Assembly (NCBI GenBank): GCA_964621445.1
Contig: CAZUNO010000003.1
Span: forward strand, 96,001-160,000
Length of the DNA stretch: 64,000 nt
Reading direction: 5' to 3'
Source: Candidatus Hadarchaeota archaeon
GTDB lineage: Archaea; CAYQAE01; CAYVLA01
The notes beneath the pieces were generated by a model. It made no database searches. It was not told the DNA's origin and saw only the letters and a list, made by a program, of their open reading frames with translations. Positions within the stretch are counted from its first letter, which is position 1. Every line of letters starts with the position of its first letter. The translations under genes were made by a program, and so were the position numbers. This document shows positions 1-10,446 of the stretch, in pieces.

Positions 1-2
1 AC

Positions 3-866
3 ACCAACTCCCACTCCATCTTCCCGTGGACCTGGATCGCATCCCTTTTGGAGAGGACACAGAGGACTATGGCCGGTACCGCCTGCACCACTCCAACTAT
101 AAGATACCATCCAGGCATAGTGGCCCAGGCATTTGCCAGCATGGCTTCCATGTATCCAGGGCGATTGTTTCTCAGCGTGGGCACCGGGGAGAGGTTGAAT
201 GAACAACCCTTAGGTTTTGAATGGCCCAAGTTCAAGCAGAGAAAGGCCAAGTTGGAGGAGGCCATCGAGATAATCAGGAGCCTGTGGACTGGTGAATTCG
301 TGGATTTCGATGGAAATCATTACACCCTTAACCAGGCCAAGCTCTATGATGTTCCGGAAGATGAGATACCACTCATAATCGCGGCAAGCGGCAAGAAGAT
401 GATACGAACGGCGGGCAGGCTAGGCGATGGAATACTGACCGTGGCCTCCATTCCGGATTTTAAGTCCTTTGTACTGCCAAATCTTGCCAAGGGGGCCAAG
501 AAGGCCGGAAAAAGCCCCAAAGATCTAATCAAAATGGTGGAGTTGAAGGTTTCCTACGACCAGGACTTTGATCGCGCTCTCGATAAATGTCGTTTCTGGT
601 CAACTACCGCAATTCATGGTCATATCGGTCGCTCCTCCGATCCCAGAGAATTCGAGGAGGTTGCCAAGGAAGAGGTCACGGATGAGAGACTGCAGGAGAT
701 CTGGTTCATCTCAACGGAGATGGACGAAATCAGCAACAGGGTCAACGACTATGTACAGGCGGGATATGACTGGATCCTAGTTCATAGCTGCAGCCCGGAT
801 GAGGAGAACTTTATATCCCGCTTTGGTGAGGAGGTTCTTCCCCGGGTAGAGGAGATGTCTTCGTAG
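3..866 (+). CDS. LLM-class F420-dependent oxidoreductase (G6PDH-like family), 5' end outside window
   Basis: Frame is open from the window edge (TNSHSIFPWTWIASLLER). Motifs RYHPGIVAQAFAS, GRLFLSVGTGERLNE, W.GEFVDFDG.HY and GRLGDG are typical of F420-dependent luciferase-like enzymes. Confidence 0.85.
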   Translation, partial: TNSHSIFPWTWIASLLERTQRTMAGTACTTPTIRYHPGIVAQAFASMASMYPGRLFLSVGTGERLNEQPLGFEWPKFKQRKAKLEEAIEIIRSLWTGEFVDFDGNHYTLNQAKLYDVPEDEIPLIIAASGKKMIRTAGRLGDGILTVASIPDFKSFVLPNLAKGAKKAGKSPKDLIKMVELKVSYDQDFDRALDKCRFWSTTAIHGHIGRSSDPREFEEVAKEEVTDERLQEIWFISTEMDEISNRVNDYVQAGYDWILVHSCSPDEENFISRFGEEVLPRVEEMSS

Positions 867-877
867 GTGTTGAGGAT

Positions 878-1957
878 TTGGCCACCAGCAGGGAACGCTT
901 CATTAAAGCCATCAGCCTGGAGGAACCAGACCGGGTACCCATATCCGATGTTGGTGTATCCCCCTCCGTGGTAGAACAGGCCCTAGGGACCAAACTTAGT
1001 TCCGAATATGAATGGGCGAAGGCGCTAGGTGACCTTGGCTTTGATATGGTTGTTTCCAGGCATCGCCTCCAAGGACATGGTCAGAACATACTGGGAGGCA
1101 CGCCACCCCAATGGGAGCCAGAATGGATCGACGACACCACCTACATGGGCGAATGGGGAGAGGTGAGGAAGGTCACCTCCGATATGGAATCCCCAGTGGA
1201 CGGCGTGATCGAGAGCCCAGAGGACCTCGAGGATTTTGAGATACCGGATCCCTACAAGGAAGGAAGGATCGACCCCGTTCTAGAGGCGGTGGAGGCACTG
1301 GGTGAGGACATCCCGGTCTTCGCCCTGTTACATGACGCCTTCGAACTTCCCTGGATGATGAGAGGAAGGATAGAGAAATTGGTATTGGATTATCACCGAA
1401 GGCCCCGTTTTGCCAAGAAAATGACCGAGATAGCAATCGATTTCAACATCGAAATGGCCAATATTCTCCTGGATGAGGGTGTAACCGGTATCGTCACCGG
1501 CGATGATTACGCCTTTGCCTCCGGACCCTTCATGACTCCCAAACATTTCAGGAAATTCATCTATCCCGGTCTTAGAAAATTGATCAGGGCCGTTCATTCC
1601 AAGGATGCTCCCTTTTTGAAGCATACCGATGGAAAAATATGGCCCATACTGGATGATATACTAGATGCCAAACCGGATATCCTGAATCCCATAGAAACCG
1701 AGGCAGGGATGGACCTAGCCCGGGTAAAGCAAGCCCACGGCCACCAGGTTGCACTGATGGGTAACGTTGACTGCGGCCCAATACTGCATTACGGGTCCAT
1801 CACCGATGTGGTGCATGATGTACGTAGATGCCTTAGGGATGGAGCACCCGGAGGCGGTTACATCCTAAGTTCGAGCAACACCATATACAGCGGCACCAAA
1901 CCCAAAAATATGATGACCATGATCGAAACCGCTAGAAAGATGGGCAAATACCGCTAA
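878..1957 (+). CDS. Uroporphyrinogen decarboxylase / MtaA-CmuA methyltransferase family protein
   Basis: PDRVP N-terminus, GDDYA, HTDG, LMGNVD and GGGYILSSSNTI motifs of the URO-D/MtaA TIM barrel. Confidence 0.85.
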   Translation: MATSRERFIKAISLEEPDRVPISDVGVSPSVVEQALGTKLSSEYEWAKALGDLGFDMVVSRHRLQGHGQNILGGTPPQWEPEWIDDTTYMGEWGEVRKVTSDMESPVDGVIESPEDLEDFEIPDPYKEGRIDPVLEAVEALGEDIPVFALLHDAFELPWMMRGRIEKLVLDYHRRPRFAKKMTEIAIDFNIEMANILLDEGVTGIVTGDDYAFASGPFMTPKHFRKFIYPGLRKLIRAVHSKDAPFLKHTDGKIWPILDDILDAKPDILNPIETEAGMDLARVKQAHGHQVALMGNVDCGPILHYGSITDVVHDVRRCLRDGAPGGGYILSSSNTIYSGTKPKNMMTMIETARKMGKYR

Positions 1958-1977
1958 TGCTTCATATGAGAAGACCC

Positions 1978-3312
1978 TCACCGTGGGGGCCACTGGTCAA
2001 AATCCGGTCTGGCCGAATCCCCGTCCTTTTCGTGCTCACGGGCCACCTCATCCAATAGCTCCTCTACCAATTCCGGTCTCCTGTCGGCCACATCAATGGT
2101 CTCATAGGGATCAGCCCTGAGGTTGTAAAGCTCGCAGGCCTCCGGCACCAGGCCTTTCTTTGCCACCATCTTCCAGTCCCCCCTTCTCAGCGCGAATCTC
2201 TCGTCCTTCAAGTTCCAGTACAGCGAGCGATCCTCCAACTCGACGACATCGCCCTCGAGAAGGGGCAATATGTTAATGCCGTCCCAATTTGGATCATCCT
2301 GAGGCTCTCCCAAGGCAAGGCGGGTCAGAGTGGGCATCCAGTCGGTTATACTTAAGGGGTAATCACACCTTCTGGGCTCCAGGTGGCCAGGCCAGGCAAC
2401 TAGGGTGGGAGTTCGTACGCCACCCTCGTAAAGCTGTCCTTTTTCCCCTCTTAGCGGGGAATTGTTACCAAGGCCTGGGGTCTCCCAGGCCCATCCCGGG
2501 TATCTATCCACCTCGCCATTATAGTAGTTAGTCCCCGCAGCCCCGTTATCTCCGCAGAATATGATTATAGTCCTTTCGAACTGTGAATTTTGTTTTAGGG
2601 TGTCAATTAGCCTCCCTACGCCACTATCCATATGACTTGCATACGCCGCATAGCGCTTCCAGGACCTGTCCATGGATTTGTCCTTACTGTAGCGATCATA
2701 CTCGTATTCGTTGAGCCAGCTAGCCGGGGCATCAACCGGCACGTGGACCGCTGTAAAGGGAACGTAACAGAACCAGGGCCCCTCCCGCCCATCAATCCAT
2801 CTGCATGCCTCCCGGACTATAAGGTCAGTCACGTGGCCCCTTTCCTCTATTCGTTCCCCGTCCCTATGCCAGGTATGGGAGTAATGTCCTCTCTTGTAGC
2901 GGTGATTATAAGGGTCCACCCCTCCAGCTAGGCTTCCATAAGAGGTATCAAATCCGTACTCGTTAGGGCAGAATCGTGGGTCCGATCCCAGGTGCCACTT
3001 GCCGAAAAGCCCGGTGTCATATCCAGCCTCCTTTAAGGAGCTGGCCAGAGTCGGATATTTATCGGGAAGTATGGGTCGATTTGACGGAACGGTGGCATGT
3101 GTACCAAAGCGGCCTGGATATCTCCCGGTCAGAAGGGAGACACGGGTTGGCGTACACACCGGGGCAACGTAGTGCTGGTCCAGCTCCACGCCGAAGGAGG
3201 CCAGACGGTCAATACTCGGGGTCCTGTTGATGGATCCATGGTAACCAACATCCCCCCAGCCCAGGTCGTCGGCCAAAATAAACAAAACGTTAGGTCTAAA
3301 TTCCCCATCCAT
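1978..3312 (-). CDS. Arylsulfatase (Cys-type, formylglycine-dependent)
   Basis: PNVLFILADDLG, CTPTR (CxPxR) signature, GKWHLG, GDNG and YEGGVRTP. Confidence 0.9.
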   Translation of the reverse strand: MDGEFRPNVLFILADDLGWGDVGYHGSINRTPSIDRLASFGVELDQHYVAPVCTPTRVSLLTGRYPGRFGTHATVPSNRPILPDKYPTLASSLKEAGYDTGLFGKWHLGSDPRFCPNEYGFDTSYGSLAGGVDPYNHRYKRGHYSHTWHRDGERIEERGHVTDLIVREACRWIDGREGPWFCYVPFTAVHVPVDAPASWLNEYEYDRYSKDKSMDRSWKRYAAYASHMDSGVGRLIDTLKQNSQFERTIIIFCGDNGAAGTNYYNGEVDRYPGWAWETPGLGNNSPLRGEKGQLYEGGVRTPTLVAWPGHLEPRRCDYPLSITDWMPTLTRLALGEPQDDPNWDGINILPLLEGDVVELEDRSLYWNLKDERFALRRGDWKMVAKKGLVPEACELYNLRADPYETIDVADRRPELVEELLDEVAREHEKDGDSARPDFDQWPPR

Positions 3313-3433
3313 GGTCTCTCATCTCCGCCTTCTGATCCTGCAGGACACGCATCCATAAATACTTCCCAGCGGAGGACGCTAACAATTCCCGAACAGAACA
3401 TATAAGCGTCTGAAATAGACCCATATCCCAGTC

Positions 3434-4471
3434 ATGGGCGTTCAATTAGGTACACTGGTACCAAAAAAGGATATGGCTCTCAAGGACATGAGGGCAAAAA
3501 CTCTTGCCGTTGATGCCAGCAGCATCATACACCAGTTTCTAGCCTTGGTAAGGTATCCTAGCGGAGTACCCCTGATGGACTCCGAGGGAAATATCACCTC
3601 AGGGCTTGCAGGCCTTTTCTACAGGTCCACGAAACTGATATACAGATATGGAATGGAGCTAATATTCATCTTTGATGGCAAGCCTCCCCAGCTCAAACTC
3701 TCGTGGCTCACGGAACGGGAAAGAAAGGAAAGAAGGGACAAATTTGAGAAAAGACTCAGGGAGTGGCGAACTGCCCTCCAGGAGGGAGACCTGAGCTCCG
3801 CATATTCAAAGGCGGTGACCACGGGCATGATCGACTCGGATATAATCGATGATGCCAAGAGACTGCTGTTTCTCCTTGGCATACCAGTGGTCCAGGCACC
3901 AGCAGAAGCCGAAGCCCAGGCATGCCACATATCCAGGACCAGTCGCGCATGGGCCGTCAATAGCCGGGACTTCGACTGCTTATTATTCAAGGCTCCAAGA
4001 ATGGCCAGATATGTGTCAATTGCCGGGGTTTACCGGGGCGTTGGAATGCCGAGCCGTCCCCAGCTAATTGAGTTGAAGCCTGTTCTCCGAAAATTTCGCA
4101 TAACCCATCCTCAACTTATCGATATGGCCATCCTGATGGGCACTGACTATAATCGAGGTTTAGAGGGCATCGGCCCCAGGAAATCTCTCCGTCTTATCCG
4201 GACATACGGAAGACTGGAGAACTTGCCCGATGAAATCTCAAAGGACCTTCCGCCCAACCTCCATCATATAAGAAACTCATTCCAAAAGCCAGAGATCGAC
4301 AGGGATTACTCCCTGGTTAGCGGAGAGTTTGACCCCCAGGGAATAGTCGATTTCCTATGTGATGAGAGAGATTTTAGCCCTAGGAGCGTTCGCTCCGCGC
4401 TCAAGAGGATATCAAGGGCCAGGACCGAGGGACATCAGGCCACCTTGGAACACTTCAGCGGTTTTGATTGA
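3434..4471 (+). CDS. fen: Flap endonuclease 1
   Basis: MGVQLG start, AVDA, FDGKPP, AP.EAEAQ, GTDYN.G.GIGP and a C-terminal PIP box QATLEHF. Confidence 0.95.
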   Translation: MGVQLGTLVPKKDMALKDMRAKTLAVDASSIIHQFLALVRYPSGVPLMDSEGNITSGLAGLFYRSTKLIYRYGMELIFIFDGKPPQLKLSWLTERERKERRDKFEKRLREWRTALQEGDLSSAYSKAVTTGMIDSDIIDDAKRLLFLLGIPVVQAPAEAEAQACHISRTSRAWAVNSRDFDCLLFKAPRMARYVSIAGVYRGVGMPSRPQLIELKPVLRKFRITHPQLIDMAILMGTDYNRGLEGIGPRKSLRLIRTYGRLENLPDEISKDLPPNLHHIRNSFQKPEIDRDYSLVSGEFDPQGIVDFLCDERDFSPRSVRSALKRISRARTEGHQATLEHFSGFD

Positions 4472-7155
4472 CTAATGACCGATGGACTGGGTAATGGCCG
4501 GGTTCAAACCCTTGAACTTGGAGAGCCATTGAACCCTTTCCTCGGTTAGCTCCCTTACCAGTCGATCCGCCTGCTCCTCGGTATAGAAACGGTCCAGGTC
4601 ATACCTAGAGATATCGGTATCCGGGACCTCCTCGGGAACCAGGACGTTGAAGTACTTGCCCTCCTTCCAGTTGATCTCCCCACGGGCTATGGCCCTAATT
4701 ATGGCTGCCGACTCCGGAATCCCGATATCCTCGGCCTCCTGGTGGATTATCCTTCTACCATCCGAGGTCACTTTGGCAATCTCTCCCACCCCGCCGGTAT
4801 TGAATAGGTATAGCTGTAGCTTGTCCTGATGCCTCTTAGCGAAATCGTAAACGAAGTTGCCTTCCTGAGAAAAATCACCGACTATGAAGGGGTTCATCCC
4901 AACCACCCTAACCGACTGGCCGGCCTTGGTGGGGTCGCTTCCCGAGGTCTCGATCGATTCGCCAAGCATGAAAGCGGCCGCTGCCTGTTCTGGGGTTAGC
5001 TTGGAAACCGGGGGCACAACCGTGTTCCGTCTGGTGACGAACAGGATTATCATACCGTCTAGTTCATTCAGAGGAGGAATGTCCATGCTCTCGCTACAGT
5101 GCTCCTTGAAATCTTCTCTCTGCATTATTCCCCGCCCATTTCCGGTCAGGGTCTGATCGCCGAAGGAAACATTTCCCCGGTAATCAACCAGTACGTTCTC
5201 GAATATGGCCCGGGGCTTGGTAACCGCCTCGTATATTAGGGGCAGGATGCCGGGGTCGACGCCCTCCGTCTTGAGGTAGAAACCTGTTTCCGGCCCGTAG
5301 GCCTGACCGTTTGGCCTCAGAAATACCACATCATCCTGCACTATCTCGATGCCCTCCCCCTTGCCGTGGAGTCCATGATCATGGCATGTATGGGTGGTCT
5401 TCCCGGTTGCGGTGAGGCCAAAAATCAACATGCTATATCTCTTAAGGTCGCCGCTTTTCCTACTTCTGGCTCGCAGGATCTTTGACCCCGCGTGAAGGCC
5501 CAGCATGCCTCTCTGTTTGGCCTCCCACATGGCCATCCGTAGAAATCCCTTCTTATCCTCGCCGTAGTAATCGGTTCCCAGGATATAGGTGATGCCTATC
5601 TCCGGGAATACCAGGACCTGTCGGTCCTTTTCCTGCCACTCGGGTATGTGCAGAAGCTGGAGAACCGTATCACCCTCGCCCTTTTTGGGAGGAAGTCCCT
5701 GGCTCACCATGTAAGCCAGCCTTATCATCTCCCTTCTCTGGGTTGAAATGTAGAGCCTGCAGGTGGGAGTAAAGGAATCATTATCCCCCATATCGCGCTC
5801 CACGCAGACGAAAGGAGCCTTTTTCACGTAATCATGGACGTCTTTCAGGGTCTTGGGCAGGTTTCTGAGTATTCGTTTCTGCTTATCGTTGAGCTTGGTA
5901 CTCATGACCTCCTTGCTTCCGATGGAAACGGTGAGGGGTGCACTTCTATTCTTGACCGTGGAAACGAAACTGTAATTGTCGAATTTCGTCTTGGTTCCGT
6001 GTTCGTAGGCCATCGACCTCAGCTCATCGATCTCTGGCCGCATGACGTTCCTGCTGCCCTCCAGCTGCTCCATGGTATCCTTCACGAAGCCAAGGTCCGC
6101 GCTCTTAATCATCTGCTCAACCTCGGGGACCTCCTCTCCCTCCTGGACCTGGGTGAGGTACTCCCCGGACTCGATTATCTCTCTGATCCTCTTTTGGACC
6201 TCAAGGACCGGCTGGGCGGTGTTAACCTTGTAGCAGGAGGCAAACTGCAGGATGTCCTTGTAGAAACTGGTCTGAAGAGCCATTCTGTCCTCGGTCCTCA
6301 CCAGCCAGTGAGGGTTGAAGAAGGGGTCATCGGCCTTCCTCATAGCATCAATAGCGTCCTTCTGGCTCAGCCTGGAACAGACCCATCCCTCATTAGGATG
6401 TCTCTCCGTGATGAAGATAAGCTTGATACGGGTGGTGTCCAGGAACTTCTCCTGGCCACCTATCCACCAGGGATCAAGAATGAAATAGCCATCGGCTCTT
6501 TTGCAATCGTCAATGAGCTCCTTCATACTGGGATTTATCTTGGTGACCTCTTCCTTGACTAGGAACTTTCTCTCCGATACCAGCGTGGATATTCTACCGT
6601 GTTCTCCTCCCAATCTTTCAACATAGATCCAGTCATTGGAATGTATCCTTGCATTATCCAGCTCAAGTAGGAGATAGGTGTGGGTAGACTTTCCTACCCC
6701 CCTTTCTCCGGTGATCACCACGCCCTCCCCATTCACGTCCAGGAGGGAGCCGCGGATGAAGTGCATGTCCTTTTGTTCCTCTGAAACGTATATAGCCAGG
6801 CCCAGGGCTATTGACCTGATATCCTGATAGCTTGTCTTGTTAATGGTGACAGCGGTCTTTGTCTCTCCGTGGAAGGCGGCGGATGGTTCGGTGTCCGGGA
6901 CCCCGGTGACGGCGTAAACGACACCGTGGGGCCTCGTGGTATGCTCGTGTTCCAACCCGGGAGCTGCAAACCAGTTCTCACGCCAGAAATCGTCCAGATG
7001 TCTGTCATTGGTCCTTAGCTGTATGTATATGCCGTTAATATTGCATTCCAGACGTAGATCTCCCTGCCCATATACATCTCTGCTTGTCTTACCAACTCAT
7101 TTCTCTCGGCGAGGGAGATACCCGTCTCAACCAAATCATTGTGACCAACGGGCAT
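4472..7155 (-). CDS. pckA: ATP-dependent PEP carboxykinase fused to an N-terminal HPr-kinase/PCK-like P-loop domain; apparent 1-nt frameshift near 7041
   Basis: C-terminal half has GTDYYGEDKKG, LHAG, FGLTATGKTT, DDVV and NPF; N-terminal half has GERGVGKST and HSNDW. ATG at 7155 follows GAGGAG but is in a different frame from the main ORF, which stays open upstream of the track start (NINGIYIQLRTNDRHLDDFWRENWF). Confidence 0.8.
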
Positions 7156-7203
7156 CTTGCATACTCCTCTGGGTCAAGGCCTATAGAGGGCTAAAAAATA
7201 TAC

Positions 7204-8523
7204 TCATGATGAACGGCTCAACTCCACCTCAATCAGATTTCTAGTCTTTTCCTCTTCAGGGACAATCACCCGGCCCTTGATCAGGAATTGATCTATATCC
7301 TGGAATTCTCCCTTGAGCCAGGGGTGAAGGACGGCGGACATGTTGAAACCGTATTTTAAATCCGGTTTCAGATTTTGGAATTCTAACCGGCCGAAATCGA
7401 TAAGTTCCTCGTAGGGCCTGGAACTGTTTATTACCCCGTTTCCGTCCATTTTGGTTCCGTTATGAAAATCCATGAAGGGTATACCCGGCGTACCGACCCA
7501 AACTCCCCTCAGCTTCTTGTCCCGCTTGTCCCATTTTACTATGAACTTGCTCGGTATGAGAAGATGTGAAGTCCGGTTACTATACAAGCCGAGGTGCTCA
7601 TAGGCCTCCGAGAAGTCCAGGGAAACCTGTTTCTCGTTCTCGGCCAGGCCACTGTCCTCTTCGACGGTAATCATGTCTCCCGGCGCTTCTGATGCCCTTT
7701 GATACGCCTTTTCAACTATGGGCAGGGTTTTGGCTAGCTCCAACAGGTCCTCTCCCGAATAATTTGTGAAAGCGGGATATCGGAAATAGCCCGTGAATTC
7801 TATATCGACCCGTTCCACCTCCCTTGGTACGTCGTTTACCAGCATTACCGAGAATGGCTTTGCCTCGCCCGGTGATAGCTCCCTGGGGTATTGATAGTCC
7901 GTTATGCGGTCAGGCCTCTTTACATAATAATAACGGAAGGCAAGTATGGCTCCAGAGAAAATCAGGCCTAGGATAATAAGAACCGCGGTCCTCTTGTCCA
8001 GGATTAACGGCTCCCCTTTGGTCATACGATTTATGGTGGATATCTCCTTCACATCACGTTTGATATTTCTCTTAAGTCCGGAAAGTCCATGGTTCCTGGC
8101 CACGTTAACCACCCCGGCCAGGGCGATAATGCCAGCCCAGATTATGCCGTAGAAGTTAATCATGTACACAATCCCACTGATACCTCTCCAACCTACGTCG
8201 AGGAACTCCAGTACTACCAGTATTCGGAGGAAAAGGTAAAAACCTACCAGCGAGCCTATGGTGGCTATCCACCAACCTATCCTCCTCGACAATTTTGCCA
8301 CTAGATTCTGAATAAAAATTGGAAAGAAAATTCCCGAATAACCAATAGTCAAGCCCGCCTGAATGAAGAGGAAGATTATCTCCCCTGCATCGAACCCCCG
8401 GGTCTGCAGAAAGGAATAGATGAATACAAGGAGGATTATGGCGATATATAGAAAGAATAGCCTATAGTATCCCGGTAGGTAGCTCAGCCCTTCGAACCAT
8501 CTCTTGATCCTACTCAAAAACAC
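7204..8523 (-). CDS. Multi-pass membrane protein with soluble C-terminal domain, unknown function
   Basis: About 5 hydrophobic segments followed by a ~240 aa beta-rich domain; last gene of the ABC operon. Confidence 0.7.
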   Translation of the reverse strand: MFLSRIKRWFEGLSYLPGYYRLFFLYIAIILLVFIYSFLQTRGFDAGEIIFLFIQAGLTIGYSGIFFPIFIQNLVAKLSRRIGWWIATIGSLVGFYLFLRILVVLEFLDVGWRGISGIVYMINFYGIIWAGIIALAGVVNVARNHGLSGLKRNIKRDVKEISTINRMTKGEPLILDKRTAVLIILGLIFSGAILAFRYYYVKRPDRITDYQYPRELSPGEAKPFSVMLVNDVPREVERVDIEFTGYFRYPAFTNYSGEDLLELAKTLPIVEKAYQRASEAPGDMITVEEDSGLAENEKQVSLDFSEAYEHLGLYSNRTSHLLIPSKFIVKWDKRDKKLRGVWVGTPGIPFMDFHNGTKMDGNGVINSSRPYEELIDFGRLEFQNLKPDLKYGFNMSAVLHPWLKGEFQDIDQFLIKGRVIVPEEEKTRNLIEVELSRSS

Positions 8524-8535
8524 ACCAGATTGGTG

Positions 8536-9360
8536 TCAATCTTCTATTCTAACCCGGGTGCCATCACGCATTACCACGTGACTGCTCGGAGATGCCCCAA
8601 CTAGACGGAACTCCGTACCAAGTGAGGGATATGACTCGCCAAGTACCAGATCCTCGCCCATGAGGTCGTTCTTTACCTTGTCAGCGATCTTCCTCACCAG
8701 CGCCGATGGCAAGCCAAATGGAGATTTTAGGACAACGACCGTGGCGTCCTTCTTCTCCTCGTCTGTACTGACTTCCTCCTCGCCCCTGGCGATTTGTAGC
8801 TTTCCACCGCACTCTATGCAGTACCTCTCGCTCTCATCTAGACACTCGAAGCAGACCCTTCTTCCGCATTTTAGGCACTGGAACCCCTTGGTTGGTTGAC
8901 CACAGATAGAACAGGTGGTACAGTCGATGCACCTGGTGTCATCAGACCGGAGTTCGCCGTTATTATCGTAATACTTACCCTCGCACTTTGGTCCAAACCA
9001 TCTTCCGCAGCTGAAGCACTGTCTCAGAGCCAGCTCCACGTTGCACAGCTCACATATCTGTGCTGCCCCAAAACTTCCAACTATCTTTTTGGACCTGAAC
9101 TTGAAAATCTGGCCCCCTAAAGCTATCCCCACGCCGAAAACCATGGGTAGCCATATCCGCGGAGACCATACCTTGACCATACTGAACATGAATAGGCCGG
9201 TTGCTATGAGAGCCCCGCCTAGGAATAATAGAACACCAGGTATAGTCGTATTTAGTAGGCCCATGGGGCCGCCCTCGCCACCTTCAGCACCGCCTTCGCC
9301 TCCAGCTCCGCCGCCTCCGATGCCGCCCATGCCACCTGCCATTCCTCCTCCGCCCATCAA
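8536..9360 (-). CDS. Gly-rich, 2-TM, multi-CxxC Zn-finger protein with C-terminal CDC48 subdomain-2-like module
   Basis: Gly/Met-rich N-terminus, two TM helices, repeated CxxC (B-box-like) motifs; C-terminus ATVVVL..VKNDLMG..LGE..FRLVGASPSSHVVMRDGTRVRI. Confidence 0.75.
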   Translation of the reverse strand: MMGGGGMAGGMGGIGGGGAGGEGGAEGGEGGPMGLLNTTIPGVLLFLGGALIATGLFMFSMVKVWSPRIWLPMVFGVGIALGGQIFKFRSKKIVGSFGAAQICELCNVELALRQCFSCGRWFGPKCEGKYYDNNGELRSDDTRCIDCTTCSICGQPTKGFQCLKCGRRVCFECLDESERYCIECGGKLQIARGEEEVSTDEEKKDATVVVLKSPFGLPSALVRKIADKVKNDLMGEDLVLGESYPSLGTEFRLVGASPSSHVVMRDGTRVRIED

Positions 9361-9426
9361 TCATATCACCAATGACGGTATAACTTCACCGAACTTTACT
9401 CAATAATGTAATCGAATTAAACGAGA

Positions 9427-10446
9427 TTACTCCGCAACCATCAACCTCGTATCACGCATAACTCTCACCAAGCCCGATGGCTCGGTCTCAGCTATTTCAA
9501 AATCCGCATCCAGCAGAGATATCTTGTCGCCCACCCTCAACTTCCTGGCATACAGAGCATCCAGAAGGTCATCCTGAATCTGATCCAAAATTTCCTGGGT
9601 CATCTCTGTACTAGATGTAATACTGATCTGCTCGGCCTCGCTGAGGTCCTCCCTCTGAACCGACTCGCCGATCACCGCGCCGTCTCTTAGGTAGGTGATT
9701 ATATCAACCACATCAGCGACCTTCGGGTCGTGGGTAGCAACGATAACCGTCGTGCCCTCCTCCTCCTGTAGACTCTTCATTAGATCGATGATCTCCAATC
9801 CGGTCTTGGTATCCAGGTTACCGGTCGGCTCATCTGCCAGGACCAGATCCGGGCTGTTTACAAGTGCCCTAGCGATTGCCACTCTCTGCTGCTCCCCTCC
9901 GCTTAGCTCCGTGGGCCTGTGATCAATTCGATCTCCCAGACCAACTCGGTCGAGAAGCTCCTTAGCCCGATCACGCCTCTCCTCTTCACCAGCACCGGCG
10001 AAAACCATAGGAAGCTCCACATTCTCAATAGCAGTCAGAACAGGTATCAGGTTGTAAATCTGGAATATGAAGCCGACGTTCTCCTGTCTCAGCTTCGAAA
10101 GGTGGGCCTGGTCCATGCCGGTTATCTCTCTACCGGACATGAGTACTTTACCGCTAGTCGGGGTGTCCAGGCCGGATATCATATTAAGGAAGGTGGTTTT
10201 TCCGCTACCGGATGGTCCCATATAGGCCACGAACTCTCCCCTCGATATCCTCGCATTCACGCTATCCAGGGCCTTAACCTCTAGTGTCTCATGGCCCATG
10301 TCAAAAATCTTGCTAAGGTCCCTGGTTTCTATTACGAACTGCTCTACCCCTTTCTTCTCTTCTGCGGGGGCGATCGCCTTCTTCTTCTTTGGGGATTTAT
10401 CCTTTCCCTCCTCTTCTTCAAGGTCTTCTTCCTTTTTACCACTCAT
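9427..10446 (-). CDS. ABC transporter ATP-binding protein (LolD/MacB-type) with C-terminal CDC48 subdomain-2-like extension
   Basis: [33 protein letters not shown] and ATHD motifs; extra tail RKLRVGDKISLLDADFEIAETEPSGLVRVMRDTRLMV. Start placed at ATG 10446, overlapping the permease end. Confidence 0.9.
   Translation of the reverse strand: MSGKKEEDLEEEEGKDKSPKKKKAIAPAEEKKGVEQFVIETRDLSKIFDMGHETLEVKALDSVNARISRGEFVAYMGPSGSGKTTFLNMISGLDTPTSGKVLMSGREITGMDQAHLSKLRQENVGFIFQIYNLIPVLTAIENVELPMVFAGAGEEERRDRAKELLDRVGLGDRIDHRPTELSGGEQQRVAIARALVNSPDLVLADEPTGNLDTKTGLEIIDLMKSLQEEEGTTVIVATHDPKVADVVDIITYLRDGAVIGESVQREDLSEAEQISITSSTEMTQEILDQIQDDLLDALYARKLRVGDKISLLDADFEIAETEPSGLVRVMRDTRLMVAE

Noticed and set aside
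9265-9358. GC-rich low-complexity repeat
   Set aside because: It encodes the Gly/Met-rich N-terminus of the Zn-finger membrane protein and is not an independent DNA repeat
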